A stretch of 64,000 nucleotides of DNA from Phoronis australis. Its lineage: Eukaryota > Animalia > Phoronida. The position numbers and the translations under genes were made by a program. Under the pieces are notes generated by a model. The model was given only the letters and a program-made list of their open reading frames with translations, made no database searches and was not told the origin of the DNA. The stretch lies in NCBI GenBank assembly GCA_002633005.1, contig NMRA01000035.1, forward strand, positions 1,021,059-1,085,058, in the 5' to 3' direction. Positions 59,478 to 64,000 of this stretch are shown one piece after another (the first letter of the stretch is position 1; each line of letters begins with the position of its first letter).

Positions 59478-62400
59478 TACCCAAGTTGAAATGGCTGAGA
59501 CAGTTGACCGCTTAAAATGCATCATACAAGAGTAGTTGAAGACAAAAACATGCTGAACTTTTTGTAAATATGCTCCAAAATGGCCTCCGCATGTAGTGAC
59601 TTTGCAGTTGGAGAGGTTTTTGCAATTGTAGTTTTAATTTTAGGCAAATTTGTTGTGGTTTTTCTAATAAGTTTTTATGGCATTTACAAATGTCACGTTA
59701 CTATTTTCATTTTTTTCCTAACCGATTGCGTCTTAATCTCTAGGAATTGTCTGAAAAGTGTGCACCTCAGCTTTATTTCTCCCTTTACTATGTTTACATT
59801 CCGTTCTATTTATAAACGGTATATTTTTTTAGAACTCCAAAGATCTGTATAATTTTTTAACATTCTAGAGATCTGTATACATTTATTTTTAACATTCTAA
59901 AGATTAATTGAACTATTACTAAATAACACTGAAGCTTTAACATGTTTTTCTTGAAACAGGGGTGGACAGTTTGAGAAGGATATCAAAGTATTGAATGGTC
60001 ACTTAAGTAAATTGTATCGTCAAATCTCATTGAAAAAATGTTTGTCTTCTTTACCTACAATTTATTTCTTACCTTCTTCGGTTGTTGGGGGGAAAGGATA
60101 CTTTGCATGACCCCTTTGTTGCTCTTTGATTCACCACGGCATAATTTCGATATAGTGCATTTTATTTTCTATCAGTTAAGAGTTTGTATCTGATATCTCT
60201 AACTTATTATATTGATTTTTTTGTGAATCTCCAATTATGTTTACTCTAGTGCTAGGTGTTTATTCTGTTAAAATATTTAATATTTACTTTACCTATTTTC
60301 AGTATTGATGATATATCGTCGTGTTCAGCCACTGGTAGTGTGATACTGTTTTTCATATTGGTGATGGAATGCAAGAGATGGGATGTTTATTCCGTTTTTG
60401 TAACGTAGGTGTAGTTTTCATACAATGTTGGCAGAATTCTGTCAAAGTTCTCATGTTCCATCCAAGTTTTTGCTTAATCGCGAAGGAAATCCGGAAAAAC
60501 TTCATCACTAGTAGAGGTTAAGCTAAAAATTGCATTGCTCTGAAATTTGCTTTGAAGAGATGGTGTTGACTGTTTTGTAGTTCTATTGATTTTAAGATTA
60601 TGTCAATGGACAAGGTTTGAGTTATGTGTGCCAAGAAGGAATTGTAGACATTATATTTGCAATGAGTGACATGAAGTTACTGAAATTTGACTTTGCTGTA
60701 CATTGCATCATTCTAGATTGCTGTGGTGTATTGTTTATTTTGATAAATTGAGAAGATTGTATATTTTGATTGTAGCATGTCCGTATAACTGTGGTAAATG
60801 CCCGGTGGGTTTAGGTATCACTGGATAGGTCTGTGATATATCCGGTCAAATCATTGTAATATTTTTAGATGATGGAAATGATACTATTATGAAATAGGTG
60901 GAGAATAATTTCTATTTGTAATAGTTAAGAGATGTTATTATGGCCTTGTTCTGTCGATGTTTTGGGTGGATAGTAATAGTCACATCATGCTGTCACGTGA
61001 CATTTTGTTATGGTTACCATGGTTGCCATGGTGTATAGTCAGCGGTGATTTTAGGAGCACGCCACGCGTTATTGCCGCGTGAAAAATTTCATAAACAGAT
61101 GCACTGTGATTGCTTAACTCGGGCCAATGGGCACATTTGAATTGTGTCATATTTACACCTTATCTTAGTCACGAATAATACACATTGGGTTCAGATTCTG
61201 TCACGAGGACAATGCAGAGCAGCTGATCAAAACAGCGACCCAAAAACAGCGTTAGGGATAAGTGGTCCTGCATGTTGTGAAAATAAAATTGCCAAGTGGA
61301 TTTATTTGTTTATGTGCAGTGAGCTTTTGAGCAATCACTAGTCGTATTACACACTTAATCCCTCGAAAAAAATGGAATTCATGAAGGGCAGTAAGTACTA
61401 ACCCGGCCTCTAGGTCCTCCAAATTGGGCCATAGATTTCCAACGTTGTGGCGTTACTTTAAAATGATCGCTGTTGTTGGATAAATTATGAAGTTTTACGT
61501 CACCGAAGTCATTGTGTGTGATTGTTTATGGTACTAGGAACATCATTTATGTTTTATGAAATACTATAAGTGAGGGCTGAATACTTAAGTTTGTTGGGTA
61601 TTGTAAAATGCTGAAACTCTCTGTTGCTATGAATAGTCAGTGAGAGCTGAGTGACTTGTCAAACAGTAAAATGTAGTCGTGCAGTGCTTTCCATTTCCAT
61701 TGAATATTAAACAGTCCCTTGTATTCAAGCAAGACTTCCTATTAGCTTAGTCAGTCACCCAAGAAGGTGTGTTCACTATGATTACTGAAGTCGGGCACTT
61801 TTAGCAAGACTTACCAATATTACCATCAGTGTATTTATGATCAACAGTGTACCCTTGTTTGACACCCTCAAGACTTATGTTGAACAAACAAGAATTAACA
61901 ATCTTACTTTTACTTTGAATTCTGTTCAAGTCTGTAGTGACGCAAACTGCTTGCGTGCCATCTTGCTTTTTGAACGGGGATAATAACAAGTGGTGGTGGC
62001 AGAGAAAGCAAACGACTGGCAAGTTTCCAATTTTGAAAATGTTGCAAATTTGAAGCAGAAATGTACATTAAATATTGCTTAAAATTCCTAAATGTAATTT
62101 AATTGAACTAGTACTTGTCAGAGGAATCACTACGACATCTAGAAACATGCAGTCACGATCATGGCCATGTACACACTATTTGCAAGCCAAGTGAGTTGTC
62201 TTCTATCGCGATTTTCTCTTGGGTGACACTGTTGGAAAGCCCAGGAAAGTATGTTTTATGACATTGAGTAAGATTTTCTAGAAATACCACAGAATGCACA
62301 TGTAAGTGCAGAATAATGTGAATATGTGTTGAAAATGGATACACTGCCCCTAAGGTTGAGATGTGTATACAACTTGGAAAAGATGTTTTATTTTGTCATT

Positions 62401-63174
62401 TGTTTATGTAGGGTCTTTATGAGGTCAACTTAATTATTAGGCACCATCTGTTAGTAAGAAGTTGTTTGTGAGTCCACATACAGGGAGTGTGGATTGGTGT
62501 GTGTGGAAACTAGTACTGATAAAGCAATGCTGATGCACTCCCGATTTTATGAATGACTTTGAAACCACTATCTACACACTGTGATAAATTGTATAGGACT
62601 AATTTCTGGAAGGATTGATGCCATTTCTCATTGGAGAGGGGTTGCATTTGATAGATGGCGGCAACTGGGAGAGTATTAGTGATGCGTTGTGTTGTACACT
62701 TCTACCGACAGTGATTGGCCAGCGATATCCATATTCAAACCTAAGTCGGAATAAAGTCGGCCATGTTCCATCTGATCCACAAGTTCTATATATACTGTGC
62801 GAACACTTGTCTTCACTGGCTGCTACTAGTCCTATGTAAAATCGTATACAAAACTCGCAAGTGTGTTGACCCTTCTTAAGATTGTGTATCTTGTGTAGTT
62901 GATATCTATTGTTCTTTCGATCTACATTGTGTATTTATTCTGGTGTTGAAAATATAATTTCTATCTTTCTGAGGCACTGTTTGAGTAGTGTTCACCAGGT
63001 GGCGCACCATCTACTATGGTAAAACTAGTTTCAACTTCTTCTTTATAACATTACGGTGGTTTTCTATTGGCTTGAGGAATAGACAGTCACAACCGTCTCG
63101 ACTCATTAGCAGTATAGACGGTGCATGGCTGTCCCACAGGCTCTCCATACGCCGGAAGCTTTTCGGCGAATCGT

Positions 63175-63624
63175 GCCTCTCACTGATTAAACCATCTTTA
63201 AGTCGTGTTGTTATAAGTACCTTTTGCGCACACGGCAGAAGGTCACCTAGGGAGGCCGTTGATGTCTTTAATTCCTTCCAACTCGAACAAATACTCCCGT
63301 AATCAAACTTTTCCGAAGTCTTTCGGCCATGGCAGATGCCCCACTGAATAGGTAACTAGAGTACTTCTACGGAGTTGAAACGTATTGTTTTGTATGTGGC
63401 TAAATACACACACTTGTCGACGTCATATCCTCTGACGCAGTGTAAAAATGGCCAGTTGCTGACTTTTGGTCAACTGAAGGAAGGACTGTTCGAAAACTGT
63501 TTGATTATGGGAGTATTTTCTCCGAGCTGGAGAGTGTTGAGGACAGCAACGACCTCTTAAGGCGTCCTATGTACCCAGAGCATACTTAAAGCAACATGAC
63601 TTGATGGTTTAATCAGTGTGAGGC
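63175..63624. repeat. Diverged ~135-bp inverted duplication (arms ~63175-63315 and ~63491-63624)
   Basis: Minus strand gtttgattacgggagtattt...caacacgacttaaagatggtttaatcagtgagaggc aligns with plus strand gtttgattatgggagtattt...caacatgacttgatggtttaatcagtgtgaggc. Confidence 0.7.
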
Positions 63625-64000
63625 TCCTGCGTATTCATGTCTTAATTTTAGGATTTTAGTGGAAAATTCCACATTTCGCTAATATTAATAATTTACATGA
63701 ATACTATATTTTTATTAGTCGTTTACATCAAACGTGATTTAGGATTTTTCTTTTACCACATTTTGTAATATTAAACTTCTTTGGCTTGATCACACATGTC
63801 AACCATTTTTGCTCTAACCATAAGCAAGTAAAAAAAAAACCACAGCAAACCATAGCACTGACGAAAACGAGTCAAAATATGGTAAAGTTTCAAAATGCAT
63901 TGCATATGTACCTACTTACCTATAAGAGGCTCTTACATCTACCGCTGTGAGTGCTTTTATACTCCTTGGTAACTTTTTTGTCCCTGTCGACCAAGGCTCA

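Overview
This is AT-rich, intron-dense animal genomic DNA, probably from a heterozygous marine invertebrate (inferred from gene content, repeats and two haplotype-overlap duplications at single-N scaffold joins). Three spliced genes can be rebuilt exon by exon with consistent phases. (1) The 3' four coding exons of CRLF3 (+, 197-4790). (2) A complete PRXL2A/FAM213A-family gene (-, 8896-14858) that is a selenoprotein (SelU1): an in-frame TGA at 13553-13555 lies in the RRTG-U-FLC-RE (UxxC) motif, in a 75-nt exon the ORF track misses, and a canonical SECIS core lies ~1 kb into the 3' UTR (7823-7863). The protein ends in a PTS1-like AKL. (3) A 29-coding-exon Delphilin/GRID2IP formin (+, 21913-59477, ~1375 aa) with an expanded 3xPDZ + 3xharmonin-N architecture, one U12-type minor intron (57079-58511), two candidate frame-preserving microexons in FH2 and a decayed exon duplicate. 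Introns carry Penelope-like fragments with minimal hammerhead ribozymes (one intact, on the sense strand of the SelU pre-mRNA) and several MITEs. No rRNA, tRNA or CRISPR was seen.
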